Positions 51,512 through 61,096 are shown, numbered from the stretch's first letter. The stretch is 64,000 bases of DNA from an uncultured bacterium (GCA_965541585.1 CBEUCH010000015.1:22317-86316), one strand, 5' to 3'. Notes: generated from the sequence alone by a model not told the origin. Made by a program: numbers and translations.

Positions 51512-51585
51512 CTCAGCGTCCTACAGATCAGGAATCTTATCAATTCCGCCACCGCCGCCAGCAGCGCCTTTATTTTTCCCGTCAT
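51508..51585 (-). CDS. 25-aa micro-ORF coupled to E1
   Basis: MTGKIKALLAAVAELIRFLICRTLR; ATGA overlap with the E1 stop; AGGAGGGAG SD inside the E1 3' end. Confidence 0.45.
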   Translation of the reverse strand: MTGKIKALLAAVAELIRFLICRTLR

Positions 51586-52253
51586 ATATGAACTCCCTCC
51601 TGGAGCATTATTAGAGTCTTGAGGTCCATGGTGATCGCCGGCTCAATCCAGTCACCATTAGCAAAGGTCGCCACCTGGCGACAGACCAAGGCTGCCACCG
51701 GCAAAACGGTATAGATTATTGACCGCGCTGTGCATCTATCCTGTAACGCTTCCGTTTCGTCTACCAAGGTGGCTTCATAGGCTTTAAGGCTGGAAGGATC
51801 GCCCGGAGATGCAGTGTAGACCTGAATTACGTGAGCTGCCATGCGAGGATCAATCAGGAGCTTAACCTTTCTGTGAGACACTACAGAATTCCAAATGCGC
51901 GACCGCACATCCATTGAGTCAACGCAGGAAATTACAATATCGGCTTCCAGCTTCTGCTTAATAAATGGCCGTGTCAGTGTGTTTACCTGGATATCACTGT
52001 CAAATTGGACAAGTATCTCGGCACAGGCCACAACTTTTTTCTTCCCCAGATCTTCTTGATAGTAGAACTGGTTCGGAAGATTCTCTGGATTTACAGTATC
52101 AGGATCCATCAGGATAAGATGCCGAACCCCCATCTTACACAAAGACAAGGCAGTGAAGGATCCAACGGCTCCGCAGCCAATGATCGTCACGTATAGGTTT
52201 GCAATGCGCTCCTGATCCACAAGTTCCTGCTGGCGTATATATTTGTCTTCCAT
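51582..52253 (-). CDS. ThiF/E1-like ubiquitin-like activating enzyme
   Basis: IIGCGAVGS, DPDTVNPENLPNQ, SCVDS, IDPRM; candidate catalytic Cys in DRCTARS. Confidence 0.88.
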   Translation of the reverse strand: MEDKYIRQQELVDQERIANLYVTIIGCGAVGSFTALSLCKMGVRHLILMDPDTVNPENLPNQFYYQEDLGKKKVVACAEILVQFDSDIQVNTLTRPFIKQKLEADIVISCVDSMDVRSRIWNSVVSHRKVKLLIDPRMAAHVIQVYTASPGDPSSLKAYEATLVDETEALQDRCTARSIIYTVLPVAALVCRQVATFANGDWIEPAITMDLKTLIMLQEGVHI

Positions 52254-52261
52254 GGGTTCTC

Positions 52262-52939
52262 CTAGTAATCATCGAAAAGAGGCTGGCCGGATAGCTCCTC
52301 GTAATCGTACATATTGATGGACCCCTCTTCGAACGCCTCTTCCAGCTCCTCTTCTGATTTGAAATCCACGGTTGGTTGAAATCGTTTCGGAAACTTACTG
52401 ATCTTTGTCCATCTTTTGACCTTGGCCTCGAATTCCGTCGAATAAAGTTCCTCAAGCTCCTTTGAGCATGTGCAGTGGATCTGAGTGGGCACCTTATTAA
52501 GGGTCACCCGAAACGGATTGTAGATGTCTATTCGAGTAAGTAGATCTCCCCGTAGGTTCGTGACAATTGACAGCGAATACGAATCATTAGCCAGCATTGA
52601 ACAGCAGTCCTCATCAATACTTGACCAGAACGTTTTCATGCTGGAATGGCTGTGGATCCAACAGCGCAACTGTGAGGTGTCGATACCGTCAGCAGCCAGT
52701 TGGATCATTAGATTTGCGACGGCTTTATCATCCAACTCTACGTCTGCTCCGCTAACCTTTTGATCAAGCAGGTAGATCTCGGAAACCAGAAGAGCGGTGA
52801 TCCTGCCTTCATTTTTAACCTCATCAATCAATCCCAAACAGCTTACCTCATCCTGGCCAGCCATCTTGACCCAATGCCGAAGCTTCGCCCAGGCTTCGCC
52901 ATCAACGAAAACCGCGATATCAAGTGGTGACTGTTTCAT
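52262..52939 (-). CDS. JAB/MPN+ metallopeptidase
   Basis: Glu in DEVS and HSHSSMKTFWSSID (HxHx7Sx2D JAMM motif); AGGAG SD before ATG 52939. Confidence 0.9.
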   Translation of the reverse strand: MKQSPLDIAVFVDGEAWAKLRHWVKMAGQDEVSCLGLIDEVKNEGRITALLVSEIYLLDQKVSGADVELDDKAVANLMIQLAADGIDTSQLRCWIHSHSSMKTFWSSIDEDCCSMLANDSYSLSIVTNLRGDLLTRIDIYNPFRVTLNKVPTQIHCTCSKELEELYSTEFEAKVKRWTKISKFPKRFQPTVDFKSEEELEEAFEEGSINMYDYEELSGQPLFDDY

Positions 52940-54131
52940 TGGCGACTCCTCGGTATTTACAGTGTTCGATGTTGCAGGATGCGCAGCTTTCCTCATTAAC
53001 TTCATGACAGGATTCCTCTTTCCGGTAGAACGGGCAGGTACTGAATGAACATGTCATGCATCCCAGAGGATTCTCATCATGGCATTCCTGCAAAAGCTCA
53101 TCTCCAGGTTCACATCGATCACTGCACATCACGCATTTTGTCAAATCCATATTCTCCTGGCATTCTTCCAGAGCCCCGTCGAAGTATGGACATCCCCCGT
53201 CACTGCACTGCAAGCAGGTTTGACCATAGCTTCCACTTTCCCTACATCGTTCATACTCGTTGGATTCATCGCAATAATCTGGATCATTCCAATATTGAAT
53301 TTTTTGGTAGGGGTCGTCTTCGTTGTATTCGTGAATGAATTTATGCAGAAGTTCCAGGGCTCCGTAGATCTCAAATTCTCCGAGAAGTTTCGTTAAACCA
53401 GCCGAGACATTCCCGAGGCAAATCTCTCCATTGTCGTTGACATGAGGATGGGGATAGTTATTGACGGGATTGGTCAAGTTGCTCAATATCACTTTGCCCC
53501 TCGATAATTCCAGTTCGATCAGCAGTACTCCAATCTCGTATTTTTCGTCAGCATACCAGATATCAACCTGGTGTGTCTTGGCCCATACGTGGCGATCATC
53601 AAACCGAATCGATTGGTAGAGGCCTGGTAGCAGCTTCTTGATGTTGGTATATTCACCGATGATCTTCCTGCCCAGTGGAATACTGGGTTTTTCAAGTTGG
53701 ACCAGCAGGTGTTTGTCCAGGTTCCGTTTCCTGGCCATATCGAACATCTGTCTGCTCAGATCATCCAGAGTATACTCTGCCTGTTGGATTGACTGCTTGA
53801 GGGAGTCCTTTCTTTCGACGACTCCTGAAAGGACCAGTTCCTTCAACTGGTCCCTTTTCTTTTGATGGTATTGCCTGGCCAATACGGGGATCTCTTCTTC
53901 AAGGGTCTTGGAGATGCTTTCTAGACCGTTTTCAGCATGAGGATATGATATGATTAGTCGGAAATTCTCTGAACCGATCTTTGCGTCTTTGTCAACAAGC
54001 AGGATCTGAATACCTTCGAATGGGTTGGTGGGCTGGTCGGTATCGGGCAGATGTATTGCTTCTATCGGTATATTATGCGCTTGGGAATGAAATCTGACGA
54101 GCTCCTGAATTTTCTCCCAGATCAATAACAT
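52920..54131 (-). CDS. Prokaryotic E2-like protein with N-terminal coiled coil and C-terminal Cys-rich repeats
   Basis: HPHVNDNGEICLG (E2 HPH/N...ICL motif); four C-x7-9-CxxC-x3-4-C units at the C-terminus. Confidence 0.8.
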   Translation of the reverse strand: MLLIWEKIQELVRFHSQAHNIPIEAIHLPDTDQPTNPFEGIQILLVDKDAKIGSENFRLIISYPHAENGLESISKTLEEEIPVLARQYHQKKRDQLKELVLSGVVERKDSLKQSIQQAEYTLDDLSRQMFDMARKRNLDKHLLVQLEKPSIPLGRKIIGEYTNIKKLLPGLYQSIRFDDRHVWAKTHQVDIWYADEKYEIGVLLIELELSRGKVILSNLTNPVNNYPHPHVNDNGEICLGNVSAGLTKLLGEFEIYGALELLHKFIHEYNEDDPYQKIQYWNDPDYCDESNEYERCRESGSYGQTCLQCSDGGCPYFDGALEECQENMDLTKCVMCSDRCEPGDELLQECHDENPLGCMTCSFSTCPFYRKEESCHEVNEESCASCNIEHCKYRGVANETVTT

Positions 54132-54331
54132 CCCCCTTTGATATGTGGATTCATGGTGAGCACATCGCCATCCTGAACGTGCGATGTGTCAAAAGCGGGA
54201 TGCCCGTTCAGCGTGATCGTCATGTGATCGCGGTTGAACCCTGAAGCCTGAATGACATGCTCAACGGTCGATCCCTCTTGTACCTCGACCTCCTTGGCCG
54301 CTTCCCCAAGCTTCAAAACCTTGACCTTCAT
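54122..54331 (-). CDS. Ubiquitin-like beta-grasp protein ending GG-CY
   Basis: 69 aa, MKVKVLKLG...LNG...VQDGDVL...IKGGCY; AAAGGAG SD. Confidence 0.88.
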   Translation of the reverse strand: MKVKVLKLGEAAKEVEVQEGSTVEHVIQASGFNRDHMTITLNGHPAFDTSHVQDGDVLTMNPHIKGGCY

Positions 54332-54670
54332 AAATGCTCCTTTCTTTGGAATGAAAATGCCTTGCGGGCGCAAGGCTGACTAGCTAATACCAAGTTACTT
54401 ATACCATTAAAGGGATTACGGTTTATATGATAAATGGTCAGATTACCCCTTGACACCTCAAAAAACCATGCTATCTTACTTTTAAGAGCTTAAATAGGCG
54501 CGATAGTTGCAACATGACGGTAACCTAAAGGATTGTAAAAGGATTATTATTGAAAACAAATCAAAATATTAGACAATGACTAGAATGCGCGTTATTATTA
54601 ATCGTGAGATCCAAATGATCATTTACAAAGATGAAACCGAAATTTAATAGATACGGAATATGGCAATTGA

Positions 54671-55903
54671 ATGATATCAAGATTTATTGACAAAACAGAT
54701 TGGCGACATTCTATAAGTCCCGAGAAGAAAAGGTGGATACCTGTGCACAGTTGGTTCCTACTGAATCACAGTTATGGGAAGGAGCTTGTTTCGAATATTA
54801 TTAGCGAAATTCAGATCGAAGAAAGTGCAAGAATCCTTGATCCATTTTGTGGAAGCGGAACCACACCTTTAGTATGTAAGGAAAGGAATATTCAATCAGT
54901 TGGAATTGATTTGATGCCATTGTCTATATTGGTGTCAAGGACAAAATGTAATGATTATAATCCGAGTAAACTAAATATTTTTCTTGATCAGATAATATCG
55001 AAGAAAAATAAAAGGCAAAATTATCCTCTCCCTGACATAAGCATTATTAAGAGAGCATTTACTCCACTTGCATGGCAATCTATACAATCGTTAGTGCAAA
55101 CAATAAGAGAAATCTGTAGAGGGAAATACAGGGATTTCTTTATTACTTCTTTATTATCAATAGTAAAAGACTTCGGAGCATATTCTAATGATGGAGGTTT
55201 CCCGAGATTAACTTCTAAGCCAAAATATCCAGTTGGTCATCTGAGCAAATCCTTTTATGATAGATCTGCACGGATGATAGTTGATGTCGGACAATATCCA
55301 ATCAAATCCTCAAAACTACCTATAATTTTATCTGCGGATTCCCGATTTATATTACCAAGATTTCGAAAATTCGATGCGATAATATGTTCGCCCCCGTATC
55401 CCAACAGACACGATTACAGTCGCGTTTACGCTGTTGAACTCGGAGCCGTCTTTTATAAATCTAATAATGAGCTCAAACGCCTCCGAAAAAGTATTTTTAG
55501 ATCTCACATCGAGGTCTTGCCTGACGATGCGAACTACATAGTTGACAAACTAGGTATATTAAAAGAAGTCCTTAACAGCGTGCTCACAAATCCTCGATCT
55601 GATAGAAGACTTTACAATATGCTACTTGCTTATTTTCAAGACGTAGAGCTAATGCTAAAGAATATGTGGCGAGCATTGAAGCCGGACGCCACAGCTGTTG
55701 TCGTCCTAGGTAACGTTCGCTTCGCCGGAATGGTTATACCCGTGGATGAAATAGTTGCTAGTATAAGCAATGAAATTGGATTTTACGACCAGCAAATATA
55801 TATTGTTCGCTTTAGGGGAAATAGTCCTCAACAGATGCGGGATTACGGAAGAATTCCCATTCGAGAATCAATATTGTTTTTGAGAAAAGGCCAAAGACGA
55901 TGA
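54671..55903 (+). CDS. DNA amino-methyltransferase (SPPY, probably N4-cytosine)
   Basis: LDPFCGSGTT (motif I) and CSPPYPN (motif IV). Confidence 0.88.
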   Translation: MISRFIDKTDWRHSISPEKKRWIPVHSWFLLNHSYGKELVSNIISEIQIEESARILDPFCGSGTTPLVCKERNIQSVGIDLMPLSILVSRTKCNDYNPSKLNIFLDQIISKKNKRQNYPLPDISIIKRAFTPLAWQSIQSLVQTIREICRGKYRDFFITSLLSIVKDFGAYSNDGGFPRLTSKPKYPVGHLSKSFYDRSARMIVDVGQYPIKSSKLPIILSADSRFILPRFRKFDAIICSPPYPNRHDYSRVYAVELGAVFYKSNNELKRLRKSIFRSHIEVLPDDANYIVDKLGILKEVLNSVLTNPRSDRRLYNMLLAYFQDVELMLKNMWRALKPDATAVVVLGNVRFAGMVIPVDEIVASISNEIGFYDQQIYIVRFRGNSPQQMRDYGRIPIRESILFLRKGQRR

Positions 55904-56853
55904 GTCTTAAGCATCCCAGGGCAGATAATCTTATTCTAATTCGCAATTTTATATTTGCGATATACGAAGGTATAGTAACCAAATTAGAAGATTTTAAGTT
56001 AATAAAGCCCGCCTGGAGTAGAACAAGACACTATCATTATTGGAGCGCAATTAGAGATTTGGGGTTTGCCTATTTGAAAAAAGATACTATTGTATTAACC
56101 AAGCTCGGAAAAGAACTTGCCTTATTGGTAGATCCTTTCACAATTAATTCCGTTGAGAATCTACGATCCCCAGAAATTGAGGTATTCAAAAATGCTTTCG
56201 AAGAATATAAGCCCTTACAAGAATTTCTTACATATTTTATTTCAAATGGTGAATCATTTTCCAACTTTGATCATTGGCTGAAATACTCTGGTTTCATCAT
56301 TATGACATTAAAAGACTCACACACGGGTGATGCAAAAAAATCAGCAGAATTGAAAATTCCCACTGGCAGGACTGTTCCATTAAATCCATCTCAAGTAAGA
56401 TCAATGCTATGGTCTTTGAAGCGTTGGTGCAAGCAAATTCATATTTTGGACGAAATATATTTAGAAAGTAAAACGAAATTTGGCATCAATCCCTCTATTC
56501 CTCAGAGGATATTGTTTCCGATAAAGATTAAATTGAGCGAAATGTCTCTAGAACGTTTTAAGATACTCCTTTTTTACATTATTAAAAAAATAGTAAGGGA
56601 GAGTTATATTCCTATCCCAACTTTATCATATCACTTTTGCACAAAGTATTATGCATCTTTACAAGATTTCCATCATAAATTAACAGATTTGTATAAGGAT
56701 GATCCCTTCTACTACTATCTTGAGATAAGTAGCCTTGCTGATTTCGATAAGAGAACTGGGATAATAACGGGTTATTCAAATTACCCTCAGGTTGACGGCT
56801 ATTACAGAAGTCATCTTATTTTGAGGAATAAGGAGGTTTTAGGTGAAGAATGA
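55900..56853 (+). CDS. Hypothetical protein, possible winged-helix DNA-binding
   Basis: ATGA overlap with the MTase stop; DLGFA...IVLTKLG wing-like motif. Confidence 0.6.
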   Translation: MSLKHPRADNLILIRNFIFAIYEGIVTKLEDFKLIKPAWSRTRHYHYWSAIRDLGFAYLKKDTIVLTKLGKELALLVDPFTINSVENLRSPEIEVFKNAFEEYKPLQEFLTYFISNGESFSNFDHWLKYSGFIIMTLKDSHTGDAKKSAELKIPTGRTVPLNPSQVRSMLWSLKRWCKQIHILDEIYLESKTKFGINPSIPQRILFPIKIKLSEMSLERFKILLFYIIKKIVRESYIPIPTLSYHFCTKYYASLQDFHHKLTDLYKDDPFYYYLEISSLADFDKRTGIITGYSNYPQVDGYYRSHLILRNKEVLGEE

Positions 56854-58216
56854 TCACAATTTGAAAAGCAGCCATCCAGGTAAAGTAGATCAGGAGTTAG
56901 GGTACTCTCGCTTTGGATTAGCAGCCAATCCATTTCCTATGTCTGCTATTACTATGGGTATTCACAGCACGCCACTTCCTATGTATATGCCTGAGGGAGT
57001 AAAAATAGTGAATGATTTCATTTTTAGGACATATGAAGAACGCGAGTTTGCCATCTTATTAATAGCAGGAGATTACGGTTTTGGCAAAACATATGCACTT
57101 CGATGGATAGAAAAAGAAATTAACGGCAGATATTCTCAGCGGAATAGCGTTGCAGCGTGTGCTATCTATCTAGAAAATCCGCTAACCTCGCCTCGCGAAC
57201 TAATCGCTTCAATGATATCTCATTTTGGTACAAATAAATTCTTAACAATGATATGGTTAATTGTCGCACGATCTTTTCGGAAGGATTATGAAAAAGAAGG
57301 CAATAGCTTCCTTATTCGTTTTAAATCAGAAGAGAAGGGCCTTTTTGACAAGGATCTGATAGTTGAGTTGTTAAATGAAGAGCTAATAGAAAATCCAATG
57401 ATTTGGATGAGAACACTGCTTGACACTAGTTATAAAGCGAAGCTGATTAATCTGGATGAATTCTCGCAATATTGCTATGACGTATTACAAGACGTATTTG
57501 GAAGCAATAATTTTACTAAAGATCTTTGCTCATTCCAACCTAAGGACGGATTTTTCGATCATGTTAGTAAATGGTCAGATCTCGTAGAGCAAAAATTGTC
57601 ACAAAGAAAATCATACGGTATCCCGGATGAAAGGGCGTTATTAAATAATATTTTAGAGGTATTTAGAAGAAATGGATTTATCCGCGTTTATTTATTAATA
57701 GATGAATTTGAGGACATTGGATATTATCTTAAACCAGAACTTCTTACAAAATATCTACGCATTTTGCGTGATGCAATTGATAATGCGCAGGAGAAGATCA
57801 GCTTAGTAATAGCACTAAAACCCCAGGCAGTAAACGCTATTCAAAATGCTTATCCAGGTTTTTTTGAAAGAATCTCACATTATTACCGTTTAGACCTGGA
57901 AGGAATTATGCAAGAAGCCGTTGAGAAATTTATCGTAGGTTATCTACAAACAGAAAGGTCCCCAAAATTCGCGAGGCCAGATATCTTTCCATTTACGCAG
58001 GATGGAATACACGAAATATACCTTCATGCACGTCCAAATCCTCGTATAATATTACAAACTTGTTCAGAATTGCTCTATCTGGCAGTTACCAATCGCGATT
58101 GTGAGGTTATTGATGCAGCATTTGTAAAGAAATTTTACTCATTCGCAAGATCTAGGATTTGGTCACGGGATGTTTCTATAACGAGAGCAGTTGAAAAAAG
58201 AATTGATGAGGAATAA
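56843..58216 (+). CDS. P-loop AAA-type ATPase (BrxD/DUF2791-like)
   Basis: GLAANPF, GDYGFGKT Walker A, LLIDEFE Walker B, FPFT, NPR. Confidence 0.75.
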   Translation: MKNDHNLKSSHPGKVDQELGYSRFGLAANPFPMSAITMGIHSTPLPMYMPEGVKIVNDFIFRTYEEREFAILLIAGDYGFGKTYALRWIEKEINGRYSQRNSVAACAIYLENPLTSPRELIASMISHFGTNKFLTMIWLIVARSFRKDYEKEGNSFLIRFKSEEKGLFDKDLIVELLNEELIENPMIWMRTLLDTSYKAKLINLDEFSQYCYDVLQDVFGSNNFTKDLCSFQPKDGFFDHVSKWSDLVEQKLSQRKSYGIPDERALLNNILEVFRRNGFIRVYLLIDEFEDIGYYLKPELLTKYLRILRDAIDNAQEKISLVIALKPQAVNAIQNAYPGFFERISHYYRLDLEGIMQEAVEKFIVGYLQTERSPKFARPDIFPFTQDGIHEIYLHARPNPRIILQTCSELLYLAVTNRDCEVIDAAFVKKFYSFARSRIWSRDVSITRAVEKRIDEE

Positions 58217-58217
58217 T

Positions 58218-59021
58218 ATGGCTGTTAGCGAAATAATTGCATTTGTTTCAACTTCGGTTGAAGTTGCTGATTTAGTTAATAGATTATTACCCAAGCTTTA
58301 CGGGAAGCACGTAGATGCTAAATCCGTTGATTTGGAAGATGTACAAATGAATTATAATAGTTATGCTAAGGTTTTAAATTATTACGCATATTTCAGATTT
58401 CCTAGTGATAATGGTCGAAGAAAGTTCATATTCTGGTCAAAGAAGAATAGGAAAATTATCTATTATTTGAACTTAAGGTGTAATCTTGGTTTTCTTAATA
58501 TCCAATCCACAAATACATTTCAAAGTGTAAAAAACCGTTCTTTTCCATTGCTTGAGCTACGACCTACAATTAAATCAATATATAGAAATAACGCACAAAA
58601 TGGGGATAGAATTCAGGTAGATATACCAGTTAGAATTGACCTAGATAGTGAGATTAAATTTAATTGGAATAAGTCTGATCCGACTCACGAGATAATTGAG
58701 TTATACAATCCTTTACAAATTGATGTGGATGAGTATGTTATTTCGTTTCCAATCGATCCGAATTTAGAGGTCCTAAGGAGAATCGTTGTTAAGACGAACG
58801 GCCAAGATGTTCCTCTTGGTTTTAAATTAATATGGAATTCAAATAAGTGGATACCTTCGGAAAGGGCTAAAGAAATCAATATTTCAAGTGATGCATGGAG
58901 AGATGGCAATGATACTCAGAAAGACCATAAAATATGGTTTACCGTTGATTTAAAAAGTAATTCAAGCATGGAAATTCATGTCTACTATGGAGAAAGAAAT
59001 GAAAGCGAAGTTAAAGGATAG
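58218..59021 (+). CDS. Hypothetical beta-rich protein
   Basis: ATG 1 bp after the ATPase stop; no motif recognised. Confidence 0.65.
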   Translation: MAVSEIIAFVSTSVEVADLVNRLLPKLYGKHVDAKSVDLEDVQMNYNSYAKVLNYYAYFRFPSDNGRRKFIFWSKKNRKIIYYLNLRCNLGFLNIQSTNTFQSVKNRSFPLLELRPTIKSIYRNNAQNGDRIQVDIPVRIDLDSEIKFNWNKSDPTHEIIELYNPLQIDVDEYVISFPIDPNLEVLRRIVVKTNGQDVPLGFKLIWNSNKWIPSERAKEINISSDAWRDGNDTQKDHKIWFTVDLKSNSSMEIHVYYGERNESEVKG

Positions 59022-60018
59022 AATCGCTGGTTGTTTGATTGGGGGAGCTATTGGAGACGCTATGGGAATGCCTTTCGAGGAAATTCCAAAAAGCAAGATT
59101 GAAAAAATATATGGAAGGGACCCTGTAGAGAGTTTTATAGATGGTGAGGAATATAAAATGCGTCATGCTATAGAAGCGGGATCTGTTACTGATGACACTG
59201 AATTAGTGTTAGCGACAACCCAGAGTATAGTGAATTGCTCTGAAATCAATATCAAGAATATAATGGATCATTTACGTCAATGGTATGAAAGGAAGTTAAC
59301 ATGGCTCCGCGGTGATCTTGACCAAAGGAACATTGGCTTTACAACCACCCAAGCCATAATGAGATATATAAATGGATATTCTTATAAAGAGACTGGTTTG
59401 GAGAAAACCAGCTGTGGTCCAGTAATCCGGATTTCGCCCATTGCAGTTGCTACTTATAATGATTATAGAAACTTAAAAGCCGCGGTCTTTGCTGCTGCTC
59501 GATTAACACATAATAATCCCACAAAACCGCTTGCAGAAGAAAGCGCTTTTTGCTTTGCTTTATGTATTCGTTATATACTTTTGAATAAGCCCATTCCTAA
59601 TATGCTTAGGTATGTTTTGTCATTGGTTAAGGTCAGAGAATTAAAGCAGGCTATCAACAAAATCAGTTTTGGTTTAAAGGAAAATTGGAGCTCGGAAAAT
59701 GCAGTAAAGGAGCTTGGTTGCGGATCTTCATATATTGCGACGGAAGTCGTATCGCTCGCGATATATAATTTTCTAAATAATTGTGAGGATTTTAGGAGTG
59801 CTGTGCTAGCGTCAGCTAATGCACGAAGCTCTTCAGGTTGCGATACGGATTGTATAGCATCTCTTACTGGAGCTCTATCGGGGTGTTATTTGACCGCGAA
59901 AAGGATACCCCGAGAATGGAAAAGTGACGTTGAATATGCTTCCAATATAGAAGGATTTTCTTCACAATTATCTAATCTGGTTTTGGAATCGAACGGCAAA
60001 ACTAAAGTAGCTATTTAG
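58999..60018 (+). CDS. ADP-ribosylglycohydrolase (DraG/ARH family)
   Basis: GAIGDAMG, TDDT, RISP, LTH, DTDCIASLTGAL. Confidence 0.9.
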   Translation: MKAKLKDRIAGCLIGGAIGDAMGMPFEEIPKSKIEKIYGRDPVESFIDGEEYKMRHAIEAGSVTDDTELVLATTQSIVNCSEINIKNIMDHLRQWYERKLTWLRGDLDQRNIGFTTTQAIMRYINGYSYKETGLEKTSCGPVIRISPIAVATYNDYRNLKAAVFAAARLTHNNPTKPLAEESAFCFALCIRYILLNKPIPNMLRYVLSLVKVRELKQAINKISFGLKENWSSENAVKELGCGSSYIATEVVSLAIYNFLNNCEDFRSAVLASANARSSSGCDTDCIASLTGALSGCYLTAKRIPREWKSDVEYASNIEGFSSQLSNLVLESNGKTKVAI

Positions 60019-60460
60019 CTTTATGAATATTAGAGCTGACCAGCCCCCAATAATTATACCACATTTTAAGTTCTCCAGCCACAGCGAAAGTCAAGTTTGT
60101 TTGAGGTTGGATGGCCAGGCAATCAGCCGATTTGCGTTGATCGGCTATTCCCGATAATGGGAGGATAGCGGAAATGGGGATCAGTATATTGCCTGCAAAA
60201 TAGGAACTTTTCCTAATATTCTGTCTTCCCGACAGGATTTATCAGTCCCGAATTCAATAGTCTAAATATCGTATTGACCTTTTGGCCGCGGCTGATTAGA
60301 TTACTGCTACGGCTCGCCCCCGGGTTTGAAATATTAGTTAGTTCTATTAGGCGGTGGTTGCCAAACGACGCAGACGTGGATTATCCGAACCTTCCGGTGA
60401 GGAACTCCCCGTGACGCATCGGACTGAATCTGTGTTGTGTGACATAACTTCAAAAGGAGA

Positions 60461-61096
60461 TTGTTGATGAGCTACAAACCGACTGATTTCTTCCTGGGCG
60501 TGATGGAATTCTTTGCCATTCTCATGCCCGGCGCTATTCTCACTTTTCTCTTGCTTGACTATGGAACCGCGCTTTTTGGAGTCTTGCTCCCATCCCTGCC
60601 TGGTGCATCGGCTAAGTGGGTCGCGTTTGGAGTTGCATCTTACATTTTGGGGCATCTTCTACATCATGTGGGTGGCATTTTCTTGGACGAGTGGATATAT
60701 GACAAACTCTACGTGAAAAAATATAAACGTAGAAAAGGTAAGGAGAGATTGCTCACAAAGACCCGCGAACTGATGAAAGAAAAGCTAGGAGATGATGCGC
60801 AAATGACCGGAGCTTTTTCATGGGCTGGCTCGTTTGTGCGGGCACACAATGCTTCCGCCTCTGGAGAAACTGAGCGGCTAGGAGCTGATTCGAAATTCTT
60901 TCGGAGTCTGTCATTAGTAGCTCTGGCCGGAATGGTATTGTTCGCTGCAGAAAAGTCTGGACTTGCGAGCGGCGGGGCTCTCCTGCTCTTTGTCTTTTCG
61001 CTCTGGAGGTTCTGTGACCGGCGCTGGAAAAACACTAAGTTGACCTACGAATACTTTATTATGCTCACTCTGGAGGATGCTGATAGGAGAAGTTAA
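60461..61096 (+). CDS. Hypothetical multi-pass membrane protein
   Basis: AAGGAG SD; about four hydrophobic segments. Confidence 0.65.
   Translation: MLMSYKPTDFFLGVMEFFAILMPGAILTFLLLDYGTALFGVLLPSLPGASAKWVAFGVASYILGHLLHHVGGIFLDEWIYDKLYVKKYKRRKGKERLLTKTRELMKEKLGDDAQMTGAFSWAGSFVRAHNASASGETERLGADSKFFRSLSLVALAGMVLFAAEKSGLASGGALLLFVFSLWRFCDRRWKNTKLTYEYFIMLTLEDADRRS

Noticed and set aside
51582..54331. ThiF plus Ubl as a ThiS/MoaD sulfur-carrier pathway
   Set aside because: No thiG, moaE or cysteine synthase nearby, and an E2-like gene is coupled within the operon.
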